Under the pieces are notes generated by a model, which made no database searches, was not told the origin of the DNA, and saw only the letters and a list, made by a program, of their open reading frames with translations. Both the position numbers and the translations under genes were made by a program. 64,000 bases of DNA from Candidatus Latescibacterota bacterium (GTDB taxonomy: Bacteria > Latescibacterota > UBA2968 > UBA8231), in assembly GCA_965242865.1 (NCBI GenBank), contig CBDETK010000013.1, forward strand, positions 320,001 through 384,000. Direction: 5' to 3'. Positions 39,447 to 49,376 of the stretch are shown piece after piece (position 1 is the stretch's first letter; every line of letters starts with the position of its first letter).

Positions 39447-40985
39447 CTACGCCTTGGCCGCTTGTAAGATGAGCCTGCCAGCGTTTTTCATTTGCCTTAG
39501 CATGACGAACCAGAGCACAAACCCGACAATCAATCCAATATTACAGACTATCCAAGCCTGATCCTCTCGTTCTTCTATTATCGCCCATAGTCCGGCCACT
39601 TCGGCCACTACAAACGAGCAGCAAAAAATAAAACTGGCCACTTCATTGACTGATCTTCGACTGGTTTCGGTATTGAGAGCTATGGCGAGACCGTAAATTG
39701 CAATGAAGTTCCAGTAGAGACTGAACACCGGTACAAAGAGAAATCCAATTGCTTTACCCGGTGTCGTCCTTGCTTTGTGAGTAGGGATGAGTGACCACAA
39801 CTTATGCAGGATGCGTAAACCAAACACGAGAGTAAGTACCAAAAGCACGCCATCAACAATAGCGACTATGATGCCAAGTAGCATGAATGTGACATCCGGC
39901 TTTAACCTCTGCGACTCTAAAATCGCCGCAATGACAACAAACAGTGCAGTCGGTGGTACGACGGCAGCAAGGCAAATGCAGTGGAGCTTAAACCACCTGT
40001 TCAAACGCTTCGCATCATCAACTTTGGCGGCAGACTGAGCAGGCTCATCAGCGATTTCGTCTCCCGTACCGTGCCTTTCCACCTTTTGGCGATGCGCTTG
40101 CTGTCCTGCCGTCTCCCCCTCCATCGCCGCCCGCCACGCCCCCACACTCTGCGGACGAGCCCGCTCATCCACCGACAACGCCCAATCTATCGCCGACAAA
40201 AGCGCACCACTCACACGACCTGCACACCGCTGAGAAACCGGAACGAGCGGATCATCCCGCATCCTATCGGTCGCATCTGCTGGCACCTGACCAGTCAACG
40301 CCCGATAACACACGCCTCCTAACGCATAAAGGTCCGTCCAAGGCCCCTGAAGCACCCGGTTTGAATACTGCTCCAGCGGCGCATACCCCGGCGTCACAAT
40401 CGACGTGACCGGCCGGCTCTTCGCCCCGATCGCCTGACGTGCCGAGCCAAAATCCAGCAACACCGGCGAACCATCCGAATCGCGTAGGACGATGTTGCCC
40501 GGCTTGATGTCCCGATGCAGAAAATCTGCTTGATGCACCACCTCTAAGGCATTCAGCAGCGGATACAGAACGCCCGTAAGCTCCGCTTCACTCAGCGTCC
40601 CCTTGCGCTCAAGATGCGCCGACAAGGTCTCGCCCTCGGCATATTCCATCGCGATATAGGCCGTACCATGCGCCTCAAAGTATTGATGGACGCGGACGAT
40701 GTTGGGATGCTGGAACCGCGCCAGCGTGCGGGCTTCGTCCAAAAACCGCTCCAAGCCCCATTGAAAATCGGCTGCCGCCTGCGACGTCTGCGGCACGACG
40801 GACCCGTCTTGTTCGCGGGTGGCTAAGTCGGCCGGCAGATACTCCTTGATCGCCACTGGAATATCCAAGCTCAGGTTCCAACCCAAATAGGTGATACCGA
40901 AGCCGCCGTGGCCGAGGACGCGGTGAAACTCAAAGTCCCGAATGCGCGTCCCCTGCGGCAGGGCCAAACGGTGCTGCTCATTCAT
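39447..40985 (-). CDS. Hanks-type Ser/Thr kinase with C-terminal multi-TM domain
   Basis: LGHGGFGITY, VAIKE, HRDIKPGN, DFG, GYAPLEQ; low-GC TM tail (TPGKAIGFLFVPVFSLYW). Confidence 0.9.
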   Translation of the reverse strand: MNEQHRLALPQGTRIRDFEFHRVLGHGGFGITYLGWNLSLDIPVAIKEYLPADLATREQDGSVVPQTSQAAADFQWGLERFLDEARTLARFQHPNIVRVHQYFEAHGTAYIAMEYAEGETLSAHLERKGTLSEAELTGVLYPLLNALEVVHQADFLHRDIKPGNIVLRDSDGSPVLLDFGSARQAIGAKSRPVTSIVTPGYAPLEQYSNRVLQGPWTDLYALGGVCYRALTGQVPADATDRMRDDPLVPVSQRCAGRVSGALLSAIDWALSVDERARPQSVGAWRAAMEGETAGQQAHRQKVERHGTGDEIADEPAQSAAKVDDAKRLNRWFKLHCICLAAVVPPTALFVVIAAILESQRLKPDVTFMLLGIIVAIVDGVLLVLTLVFGLRILHKLWSLIPTHKARTTPGKAIGFLFVPVFSLYWNFIAIYGLAIALNTETSRRSVNEVASFIFCCSFVVAEVAGLWAIIEEREDQAWIVCNIGLIVGFVLWFVMLRQMKNAGRLILQAAKA

Positions 40986-40998
40986 AACGTTCTCCTTT

Positions 40999-41877
40999 TT
41001 ATTCGTCGGTCATCTCGTCCAACAAGCGCGTGAACTCGGCTAGTTGCTCCACCTGTATGGCGGCGCGCAGTAAGGCTTGCAGTTGATCTTCCTGCTCAAT
41101 CGCCGCCAAGCGGTCGGCCACCGCCCGCGCCGCACCTTCTGAAAACCGAATCGTCAAAGCTTCTTGGATACTTTGCCGAATCCCCTGCTCGATCCCTTGA
41201 TCCAACTTGCGCTTGCCCAACGACTCCAGTAACGGAAACTCTGTCATAATATCCTCCGAGATGAAAGAAAAAATGATTGACTCCTCGCATACCAACGAAC
41301 TCAATACCCCCATGTGCGCCAACACACTGTGCTTAACTTCACGCGACACCCCCAACCCCTCGGTCGCCGCCACACACCGACCCAACCACGCTTCCACCCC
41401 CGCCGGACGACCCATCAGCGGCGTAAACGGCAGCGCCCCCACATTGCCCGACGACAAATACGCCACACCATCCAACGCGCTCAACCGCAGCACCCTATAC
41501 CGCAGCACCACCTCATGGCCGATGATCTCTTGCACGTACTCCCCCGGATCGCGCCGGCCAGCACCAGGACGCAAGTAGAGCACATAAGACAACAGGGGCA
41601 AGCCATGCTCGGCAATGCAGCGTCCCATGTAGCCAGCCATCCGCTGGGACATGGGCGTCTGGGTGCTATCGGTGGTTTGAAACTCGCAGTGAACTAACGC
41701 TTCCTTGCCATCGAGCCGGACGCGAAGCAAGCTGTCCATCATCTGGGTCTTGACGGTGGGTTGCTCCGGGTTGAGCGTCTCGATCCACTGGCCTGTTGAG
41801 TGCCCCAAGAGAAAGGCCAAAAACCCTTGCGGATGGGCGTTCAAAAGCGACTTGGGTACACTATCGAATTCGGCCAT
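40999..41877 (-). CDS. Rpn/PD-(D/E)XK recombination-promoting nuclease-like (putative transposase)
   Basis: D...K.L, MDSL...HCEFQ, RMAGY, QGIEQG...RF C-terminus. Confidence 0.72.
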   Translation of the reverse strand: MAEFDSVPKSLLNAHPQGFLAFLLGHSTGQWIETLNPEQPTVKTQMMDSLLRVRLDGKEALVHCEFQTTDSTQTPMSQRMAGYMGRCIAEHGLPLLSYVLYLRPGAGRRDPGEYVQEIIGHEVVLRYRVLRLSALDGVAYLSSGNVGALPFTPLMGRPAGVEAWLGRCVAATEGLGVSREVKHSVLAHMGVLSSLVCEESIIFSFISEDIMTEFPLLESLGKRKLDQGIEQGIRQSIQEALTIRFSEGAARAVADRLAAIEQEDQLQALLRAAIQVEQLAEFTRLLDEMTDE

Positions 41878-42127
41878 CGGTGCCTTTCGTCTGAGGGGGA
41901 TGGAATGGAGAGAAATATATCCGCTGGGCGTCCCAAGACAAAGGACATCGCCGCTCCACGGGTTGCCACGGTGGCGACGGGCTTGTCCAAGTTGTGGTCA
42001 AAGCTCGATAGGTCCTGTCGAAGCCGCCAAAACCCAACACGCGCACCCGTTCGCATTCTTGACGACGATAGACTTGGGGCGCGGCGTTGAGCGGTTAGGA
42101 GCTGCGCTCATGGCCGCTCCGCTCCGT

Positions 42128-43906
42128 TCACTTGCGGCCACCGTAACGGCGCAACACCGCCGCTGTTACAGCAGCACCGTTCCGCTCCGCCGTATGCAGC
42201 GGCGTCCGGCCATATTCGTCTTGGGCGTTTACATCCGCGCCGTTGTTCAGCAGCAGCACCGCCATCGTAGTCGCATCGACCCTCACCGCCCGGTGCAGTG
42301 GCGTCCAGCCATCGTAGTCTTGGGCGTTTACGTCCGCGCCGTTATCCAGCAGCACTTTCGCTACCGCCTCCGCATTGACCCACGCCGCTGCATGTAGCGG
42401 CGTCCAGCCATAGTTATTTTGGGCATGGACATCCGCACCCTGTGTGAGCAGTGATTGAGCCAGCGTAGGCAGGTTCATCCTCGCTGCAACGTAAAGGTGG
42501 GATATGCCCATGTTCATCCCGCCCGGATAGGGCTTACGTCCTATAGCGGCGACAAAAGCGTCCTGTTCCTGCCGCAGTTTTTCTAAAGCCGCCTGTTCCT
42601 GCCGCTGCTTCTCTAAGGCTACCTGCTCTCGCCGTTGCTTCTCTAAGGCGGCTTGTTCCTGCCGTTGCTTCTCTAAGGCGGCTTGTTCCTGCCGTTGCTT
42701 CTCTAAGGCGGCTTGTTCCTGCCGTTGCTTCTCTAAGGCGGCCTGCTCTCGCCGCTGCTTTTCCAAGGCGGCCTGTTCCTGCCGCTGCTTTTCTAAGGCG
42801 GCTTGTTTCTGACGTTGCCTCTCTAAGAAGGCGGCTTGTTCCTGCCGCTGCCTCTCTAACGCCTCCTGCTCCCGCCACTGTTGATCGGCATACTTACCAT
42901 ACATTAATACCCCCACCAAGACAGCAACTGCGGCAAACCGCTTAAAGAAGGGTTTCTTCTGCTCCAGCGGCGGCGTCTCCCGCCCCACCCTTGGCGCGTC
43001 CTCCACTTCCTCCCGCTCCACTGCTGCCGTCGCCACCATCGCCTCCCGCCACGCCCCCACGCTCTGCGGACGATCCCCCTCATCCACCGACAACGCCCAA
43101 TCCACCGCCGACAAAAACGCCGCATTCGCCCGACCTGCACACCGTTGCGCCACCGGAACGAGCGGATCATGCCGCATCCGATCCGTCGCGTCGTCCGGCA
43201 CATCCCCGGTCAACGCCCGATAGCACACGCCTCCCAAGGCATATATATCCGTCCACGGCCCCTGACGTCCCCGGCTTGAATACTGCTCAATCGGCGCATA
43301 CCCTGGCGTCACAATCGACGTAACCGACCGGCTCTTCGCCCCAATCGCCTGTCGCGCCGAGCCAAAGTCCAGCAACACCGGCGAACCATCCACATCGCGC
43401 AAGACGATGTTGCCCGGCTTGATGTCCCGGTGCAAAAAGTCCGCCCGATGCACCACCTCCAAAGCACTCAGCAGCGGATACAGAATACCCGTAAGCTCCG
43501 CTTCTTGCAGCGGCCCCTTGCGCTCAAGGTGCGCCGACAAGGTCTCGCCCTCGACATAATCCATCGCGATATAGGCCGTGCTACGCGCTTCAAAGAAGTG
43601 ATGGACGCGGACGATGTTGGGATGTTGGAACCGCGCCAGAATGCGGGCTTCGTCCAAAAACCGCTCCAAGCCCCATTGAAAATCCGACGCAGCCTGCGAC
43701 GTTTGCGGGACGACGGACCCGTCCTGTTCGCGGGTGGCTAAGTCGGCCGGCAGATACTCCTTGATCGCCACCGGAATATCCAAGGCCAAGTTCCAGCCCA
43801 AATAGGTGATGCCAAACCCACCGTGGCCGAGGACGCGATGAAACTCAAAGTCCCGAATGCGCGTCCCCTGCGGCAATGCCAAACGATGGTGCTGTGCCTC
43901 ACTCAT
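42128..43906 (-). CDS. Ser/Thr kinase - TM - decad-repeat stalk - ankyrin repeats
   Basis: Kinase motifs as in the paralog; QEQAALEKQR repeats; GWTPLH...GADVNA ankyrin repeats. Confidence 0.9.
   Translation of the reverse strand: MSEAQHHRLALPQGTRIRDFEFHRVLGHGGFGITYLGWNLALDIPVAIKEYLPADLATREQDGSVVPQTSQAASDFQWGLERFLDEARILARFQHPNIVRVHHFFEARSTAYIAMDYVEGETLSAHLERKGPLQEAELTGILYPLLSALEVVHRADFLHRDIKPGNIVLRDVDGSPVLLDFGSARQAIGAKSRSVTSIVTPGYAPIEQYSSRGRQGPWTDIYALGGVCYRALTGDVPDDATDRMRHDPLVPVAQRCAGRANAAFLSAVDWALSVDEGDRPQSVGAWREAMVATAAVEREEVEDAPRVGRETPPLEQKKPFFKRFAAVAVLVGVLMYGKYADQQWREQEALERQRQEQAAFLERQRQKQAALEKQRQEQAALEKQRREQAALEKQRQEQAALEKQRQEQAALEKQRQEQAALEKQRREQVALEKQRQEQAALEKLRQEQDAFVAAIGRKPYPGGMNMGISHLYVAARMNLPTLAQSLLTQGADVHAQNNYGWTPLHAAAWVNAEAVAKVLLDNGADVNAQDYDGWTPLHRAVRVDATTMAVLLLNNGADVNAQDEYGRTPLHTAERNGAAVTAAVLRRYGGRK
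42562..42872 (-). repeat. About ten 30-bp tandem repeats encoding QEQAALEKQR
   Basis: gccgttgcttctctaaggcggcttgttcct units visible directly. Confidence 0.9.
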
Positions 43907-44007
43907 AACCGCTCCTATTTTTTAACACCGGCGCAAGCCATACCTCGACAAGCTAAGTACGCGACACGTGCTTTGCGCTTACCTTTTCTGGTGCTCCTAA
44001 TGCGTCT

Positions 44008-44055
44008 GGGACCGAAGGCGTCCCGCCTTCGACGAGGGCAAGATGCCCTCGATCC
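44008..44055. repeat. REP-like palindromic doublet
   Basis: GGGACCGAAGGCGTCCCGCCTTCG next to GAGGGCAAGATGCCCTCGATCC (two inverted imperfect hairpins). Confidence 0.55.
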
Positions 44056-44105
44056 TTAGGAAAGCGGGGGCTGGTGTCGTGTAGTACACTCGGCAAGTTA
44101 CCCCA

Positions 44106-45161
44106 TCACTCCTCCTCGCCCGCACCCCCAACACGCTCTTCTTCCCCTTCTTGCGGCTCGTCCGGCTCGGCGTTCTCGCTGTCCCCTGTCGCCTCCGCCT
44201 GAGAAGCAGGTGCCGCCTCGTCAGTGGGTTCAACAGCCGGGGCGTCGGCCTGCATCACTTCGCCCGGCCCAAGCCAATAAATCACCCCCAATAAGACGAC
44301 CACGCATAGCAACGCCCCCAACAGCCCGACCCAACGTTTGGACCGCGGCTTGTCCTGCACCGCTTCCCGCTCGCTGTCCAATTCCGTGTCCTCGGCCGGG
44401 GCGTACAACAACACGGTCGCGTTGTCCTGATGGGGATGTTTGGCCGCTTCCACCGCTTGAATTAGGGCCGCGACGCTATCCTCCAAGGGCGCGTCTTGCG
44501 TTTTCTTGAGGATTTCCGCGATCTCTTGATCGCTGAGGGTCATCAAGCCATCGCTCGCCAAGAGCAGCCGGTCGCCTTTCTGCACGGCCACCGGCTGCGA
44601 CGACACGTCGATCATGGCAATGTCATCGCCCATGACCGCTGACCGCAGCGAATGCCGGCTTGGGTCCTGAGCCGCTTCCTCGGCGGTCATGCGCCCGGTG
44701 GCCACCAAGTCGGCGAGAACTGGTGCCATGGAGTGATCCGCATTCAAGCGTTCCAGTTGCCCGGCGCGGAACAACCACAGCGGCGAGTCGCCCACGCTGA
44801 TCCAGTTCAGCCCTTCGCGCGAGACAACCGCCGCGACCAAGGTCGAACCCATGCTGGCGAGTGCGGGGTTTTCGGCAACGGCCGCGGCAAGAGCGGCATT
44901 GGCCTCGTTGAGGCACGTGCGGAGCCGATCGACAATGGGGCCAGCCGCCTGCGGATACGCCTCGACAAAGGTCTTGCTCAACAGGCCGCTAGCCGTCGCG
45001 CCGCCCACGTGGCCGCCCATGCCATCGGCGACCAGCAACATGGAGTGCTCGCGGCCGTCCAAGCCGAGGTCGCGCCCGTCTAACAGACCGTAATCATCCT
45101 CTTGATAGTCCCGTTGGCCGGGAATTTGTCGCGCGGCAAACCGCCCGTCTAATTCGTTCAT
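44106..45161 (-). CDS. PP2C/PPM Ser/Thr phosphatase with C-terminal TM
   Basis: QED, VADGMGGH, GSTL, VGDS, ASDGL, DNAT. Confidence 0.92.
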   Translation of the reverse strand: MNELDGRFAARQIPGQRDYQEDDYGLLDGRDLGLDGREHSMLLVADGMGGHVGGATASGLLSKTFVEAYPQAAGPIVDRLRTCLNEANAALAAAVAENPALASMGSTLVAAVVSREGLNWISVGDSPLWLFRAGQLERLNADHSMAPVLADLVATGRMTAEEAAQDPSRHSLRSAVMGDDIAMIDVSSQPVAVQKGDRLLLASDGLMTLSDQEIAEILKKTQDAPLEDSVAALIQAVEAAKHPHQDNATVLLYAPAEDTELDSEREAVQDKPRSKRWVGLLGALLCVVVLLGVIYWLGPGEVMQADAPAVEPTDEAAPASQAEATGDSENAEPDEPQEGEEERVGGAGEEE

Positions 45162-45823
45162 CGCGCCTCATTTCCTTCGGTGTCTTGCCAGTCAAACTCC
45201 GCGCCGCACAGGGGCACGAACCGGAGAACCGTGTGGCCGATGCTAATGTGGCTCAGCGCCGGCAACTCAGTCGGAGCGAGCACGGGCTGCTCCCCGACGT
45301 ACGTCAGGTTGGTGCCGCCGCCATGCTGCACGTAAAACTTCCGGCCGCGCGGATCGTACGTGACAACGGCGTGGCCGCTGCGCGAAATCTGCTCGTCGCC
45401 AAAATCGAGCTTGATGCGGTCAGTAACCCCGCGGCCAATCGAATTGGAACCATACCCCAACGGCACGGCCCGCCCCTTGCCCGGCCCCTCGACCACCACC
45501 AACCACCCCACGACCGGATCGTCCATGCCGCGATCTTCGGCCGCGCGCTCCTGCCGCCGCTCCTCGTCTTCGCGCCGCGGCCGGCCGCCCACCAAGCGCG
45601 TCCGTTCCTCCTCGCCGACACCGGCCGGCGCTTGGCTCGCGCCCCGTTCCTCCTCGCCGCCCTGGGCCTCGCCCATCCGCTGCGTGGGCGCGTCTAAACG
45701 CCCGCCGCCCTGGGGTGCTGGCGGCAACGGCCTGTTGGCTAGGTCCGTTGGTTTGGTATCCTCTTGCCGGGCATCGGTTTTCTCTTCGATGATTTTGCCA
45801 TCGGGTCCGCGATAAACAGGCAT
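45158..45823 (-). CDS. FHA domain protein
   Basis: PVVGWLVVVEGPG.G, IGR, ISR..H, TN.TY. Confidence 0.85.
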   Translation of the reverse strand: MPVYRGPDGKIIEEKTDARQEDTKPTDLANRPLPPAPQGGGRLDAPTQRMGEAQGGEEERGASQAPAGVGEEERTRLVGGRPRREDEERRQERAAEDRGMDDPVVGWLVVVEGPGKGRAVPLGYGSNSIGRGVTDRIKLDFGDEQISRSGHAVVTYDPRGRKFYVQHGGGTNLTYVGEQPVLAPTELPALSHISIGHTVLRFVPLCGAEFDWQDTEGNEAR

Positions 45824-45853
45824 AGTGCCCTCCTTATTGGGTTGTCCGGCCCC

Positions 45854-46615
45854 TTACTTTTCGTAGAGCCGGTTGATTAGGTTGTCCAAACAGTATTGAC
45901 CGGATTGGTTCAAGGCCATCTCTTCGCGGCCTTGGGCCATGTGCAGCGCGAACACCAATAGGGCCGATTGGACCAACGCGAGCAAAGTAGTGTAAAACGC
46001 AACGCCCAGCCGACCTGTGATCTCGGCCAGCAAGGTCGGGTCTTGGGGGTCTTCTACATTGGCCGCATAATCCAAGGCAAACGCAATGCCGACCACCGTG
46101 CCAATAAATCCCAACGTGGGGATCAGCCATACGAGATAGCGCAACATCGCGTACTTGAGTTCGAGCTCGTGTTGGAATAATTCAAGGGAAGAATTTAACA
46201 GGGAATTGGCCTGATTGACCGAATGGCTCCCTTGAAATTGCAAGATGCAGCGCGCGATCAGACGCTGTAAGAAGAAGGGACGCTCCTCGTCCTTGGGCCG
46301 CACCTTTTGATAAAAGGCCCCCAAATCCCGCGCCCGCAACATAACCTCATCGTCTTCTGGCAGATAGCGTTTCGACATCTGCTCCATTTCGAGCTTGGCT
46401 TGGTTAAACCGCACCCAGAGTTCGCCGCAGCCAATCCAAAACATGAGCCACATGACGTTTTGGATCGTAAACGGATAGGGGAAATTGACCGTGTGGCGAT
46501 CGAGCAGGAAAGCACCCACCGCCGAATCGGGGTGCGCGAAAACAAGGCTCATAATCGCGATGGATACGACGCCTCCGCTGAGGCTGACGCCGCTTGCTTT
46601 AAGGCGTTGCTCCAT
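45854..46615 (-). CDS. MotA/TolQ/ExbB proton-channel family protein
   Basis: IPTLGFIGTVVGI, AFYTTL. Confidence 0.85.
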   Translation of the reverse strand: MEQRLKASGVSLSGGVVSIAIMSLVFAHPDSAVGAFLLDRHTVNFPYPFTIQNVMWLMFWIGCGELWVRFNQAKLEMEQMSKRYLPEDDEVMLRARDLGAFYQKVRPKDEERPFFLQRLIARCILQFQGSHSVNQANSLLNSSLELFQHELELKYAMLRYLVWLIPTLGFIGTVVGIAFALDYAANVEDPQDPTLLAEITGRLGVAFYTTLLALVQSALLVFALHMAQGREEMALNQSGQYCLDNLINRLYEK

Positions 46616-46616
46616 G

Positions 46617-46985
46617 TCAGTCCTCCTCGCCAATGATCTCGCCCGTCGCTGCGTTGCGCCGCACCGGCCCTTGGGGCAAGGCGGTCCCTTTTTCTGAACG
46701 GCGCACTTTTTTCGCTGCCAGCGCGACGAGTGCGGGTGCGGTCGTCTGATACTGACCGAGCAAAATCGCGTCGGTCGGGTTTATAAATTCCTGCCGGATG
46801 CGGCACCACTCGCCGTTGCGCGCCACGTAACTCCCCCGGCTGCTGGCGCAATCCGTGAGATAGTACGAGCCGCTGGGCGTCGCAACGAGCTCGGCGTGGA
46901 CGCGCGAGACCGAATCATCGTCCAGCCGGATGTCCACGTCCGAGCCGCGCCCGATTCGGTACACAGAAAAACTCGATTTGTTCAT
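46617..46985 (-). CDS. FHA domain protein
   Basis: IGR, VSRVHA, D..S..GSYV. Confidence 0.85.
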   Translation of the reverse strand: MNKSSFSVYRIGRGSDVDIRLDDDSVSRVHAELVATPSGSYYLTDCASSRGSYVARNGEWCRIRQEFINPTDAILLGQYQTTAPALVALAAKKVRRSEKGTALPQGPVRRNAATGEIIGEED

Positions 46986-47027
46986 ATAGCCGTCCTAAAT
47001 GTCAGCACCATTTTTTCCCTATGAGCG

Positions 47028-47054
47028 GTCATTCCCGCGAACGCGGGAATCCAG
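47028..47054 (+). repeat. dRS3-like REP (GTCATTCCCGCGAACGCGGGAATCCAG)
   Basis: ATTCCC-N8-GGGAAT palindrome; second copy in opposite orientation at 61048. Confidence 0.8.
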
Positions 47055-47161
47055 AAAAGGACCAAGCCGAAGCAGAAACTGAAACCCTAATTTTAGAACG
47101 CTTCTAAATATCCTCCCTGCGGTCCCGTAGCGGCGGCCCGAACAACAACATCGGCAAGCGT

Positions 47162-49291
47162 CTAAGGCAACTTGGTCGTCTTTTTCGCTTCTATCTGTCC
47201 TTCGATTTCGACGCGATAGATATACACGCCCGCGGCCACCGCCTTGCCTGTCTCGTCGCGGCCATCCCATACAAACCGATGGCTGCCCGCCTGCAACGGC
47301 CTGTCCCACACCTGCCGCACCCGACGACCCAACACGTCGTACACGGTCAGCGACACGCTCGTCGCGTCCGTTGCCAAATCAAGCGGCAACACCACCGCCG
47401 GATTGAACGGATTGGGATAGCTGTCGCCCAGCCGATACTGCGCCGGGCGCGCTGCCGCCGACGTCAGCACCGCTGTTAGCGGATCGCTCAGCGAACTCTT
47501 GAGCAGATGCACACCGCCCAAGACCGGATCCAACACCACCAAATCGACAGCGCCGTCGCCATCGACATCGCCCGGCAGCACCTGTACCCCATCGCCCTCT
47601 AAGCGATGTGTTTCCACGTCTTCTGTTGGGTTCACGCCCCCGCCCCATTCGACGAACACCCCGAAGCCCGACGCACGATCGCCGCCGACAAACGCCCAGT
47701 CCTCAACCCCATCGGCATTTAAGTCGCCCACCACCACCGGCGAGCGCAAAAACAGCCGCTCATCATACAACACCTCCGTCTCTACAACGCCGCTGGGGCG
47801 GCTGCTCCGCACAACCAGCCCCTTGCGTTGTTCAGCACCGTCGTAGCGCAGGGCCGTCAGCAAGTCCACTTGCCCATCGCTATCAAAATCGCCCGTGCCC
47901 AAAAAAGTATATGAAGCGAGGCTCTGGTCGGCCCCGAGGGCAAATAGGGAGCCTGCCGCAAACTCACCTCCCAACCGAGACACAACCCAAGTATGGGCTT
48001 GGCCAACGATGGGCCCCCACAGCACGTCCAGCCTCCCATCGCCCGTAAGGTCGCCCACCTGAATGGGCACATGATCCTCTGGGAGAGCCGCCACCCGCGA
48101 AGCGGTCCATACGCCACCCGCGACATCCCAGACCTCGAAATAGGACTCGCCAGCCACGGAATAACCTTCTGCATTGTAGTTGACCTCAGAAACGTCCGTG
48201 AAAAAGAGTTCGACATCGCCATCGCCGTCCCAATCCGCTAAGTTTACGAACTCGCGGTTAGGTATCTCCGTCATCACCTCGATCGGGCGGTCCGGCCCCA
48301 TAGACCAAACCGCGACCCGACTGTTTATAGCCAACGCGAGCTCGTCGGTGCCATCGCCGGTTATATCGCCTAGATCCACCTTGAGATAAGCAAGCTCTCC
48401 CACCTGTTCAGTCCATGCGGTTTCAAAGACCCCCTCGCCGTCGTTGAGGGCCATGACCCAACCAGAGGAGGTGTACAAGTCCCGGGGAGGGAGGTGTTGC
48501 CAAACAGAGAAAAGGTCTAAATCGCCATCGCGGTCCAAGTCCGTCAATACACCCGCCCGCTCGTTTCCGAGAACCAACCGGTCGCCTGTGCCCGGCACCA
48601 TGGGATGGAAAGCGGGCGGCTCGAAGTGCCGACCCCTCTCAAAGCGAAAATAGTCGGCTTGGGGTGGCGGTAATTCTCCTTGTAGAATCTCCTCAACGCC
48701 GGTCAACTCGATCCAGTCGATCGCCAAGCGGCCCACCTTTTGCTCGGCCGCACGCGGCACTCCGATTGCGCCCTGATCCAAGTAAAAACTCAGCCGAATA
48801 TCCCGTACCGCACCGGCCCATATAATCTCATCGGGGTCCACAATGGGAATTTCTACTTCTTGCCACTCGGTCGTGTAAACAAAGTCGCGGGGGCCGGGGA
48901 GCAAAAAGCGTCGTTTAGGCCATTCAGGATCGTGCCCCGGCCGCGTGAGGTTGTGTTCATTGGTCCATTTGAAGTTGAAAAAACCGAATGTAGGGCTGTG
49001 ATGGACGGTGCGGAACCGCACTCGCACCCGGTCGAACAGAGCCGAATCGTAGTCCAAGGCGGGAGAAATCACTTCGACGCTCGGATTGTGGTCATCCGAG
49101 CGAAAGGTCTCGATCATCCACGCGCCATCTGCAATCACCCCAGACAACAGGTGGAACTCATGAAAGCCACCCGATGAGACGTCCTTTTTAGCAGCCCATC
49201 CTTGCGCCGTCTCTCCGTCGAAATCCCAAGTGACTGCCGCGGCCGGGCGACTCAACAGCACCATCCCTGCACAAATAGAAACGAGCAACAC
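47162..49291 (-). CDS. Secreted FG-GAP/VCBS-repeat protein with FlgD-type tail (paralog FG5, most divergent)
   Basis: Signal peptide, WDFDG..QGW...IDWIEL N-domain, DxDGDGDxDL repeats, YPNPFNP...WDGRD...GVYIY. Confidence 0.85.
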   Translation of the reverse strand: MLLVSICAGMVLLSRPAAAVTWDFDGETAQGWAAKKDVSSGGFHEFHLLSGVIADGAWMIETFRSDDHNPSVEVISPALDYDSALFDRVRVRFRTVHHSPTFGFFNFKWTNEHNLTRPGHDPEWPKRRFLLPGPRDFVYTTEWQEVEIPIVDPDEIIWAGAVRDIRLSFYLDQGAIGVPRAAEQKVGRLAIDWIELTGVEEILQGELPPPQADYFRFERGRHFEPPAFHPMVPGTGDRLVLGNERAGVLTDLDRDGDLDLFSVWQHLPPRDLYTSSGWVMALNDGEGVFETAWTEQVGELAYLKVDLGDITGDGTDELALAINSRVAVWSMGPDRPIEVMTEIPNREFVNLADWDGDGDVELFFTDVSEVNYNAEGYSVAGESYFEVWDVAGGVWTASRVAALPEDHVPIQVGDLTGDGRLDVLWGPIVGQAHTWVVSRLGGEFAAGSLFALGADQSLASYTFLGTGDFDSDGQVDLLTALRYDGAEQRKGLVVRSSRPSGVVETEVLYDERLFLRSPVVVGDLNADGVEDWAFVGGDRASGFGVFVEWGGGVNPTEDVETHRLEGDGVQVLPGDVDGDGAVDLVVLDPVLGGVHLLKSSLSDPLTAVLTSAAARPAQYRLGDSYPNPFNPAVVLPLDLATDATSVSLTVYDVLGRRVRQVWDRPLQAGSHRFVWDGRDETGKAVAAGVYIYRVEIEGQIEAKKTTKLP

Positions 49292-49376
49292 GACAGCACC
49301 TCCTATTCGTAACTTGAATTGATGGTGAAACCGGAATAAGGCGCGATGAGTTCTCCCGGCAACATCGACAAGCGAC

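Noticed and set aside
41880-42127. Possible IS remnant between the Rpn gene and the kinase
   Set aside because: No recognisable transposase motif or terminal inverted repeats
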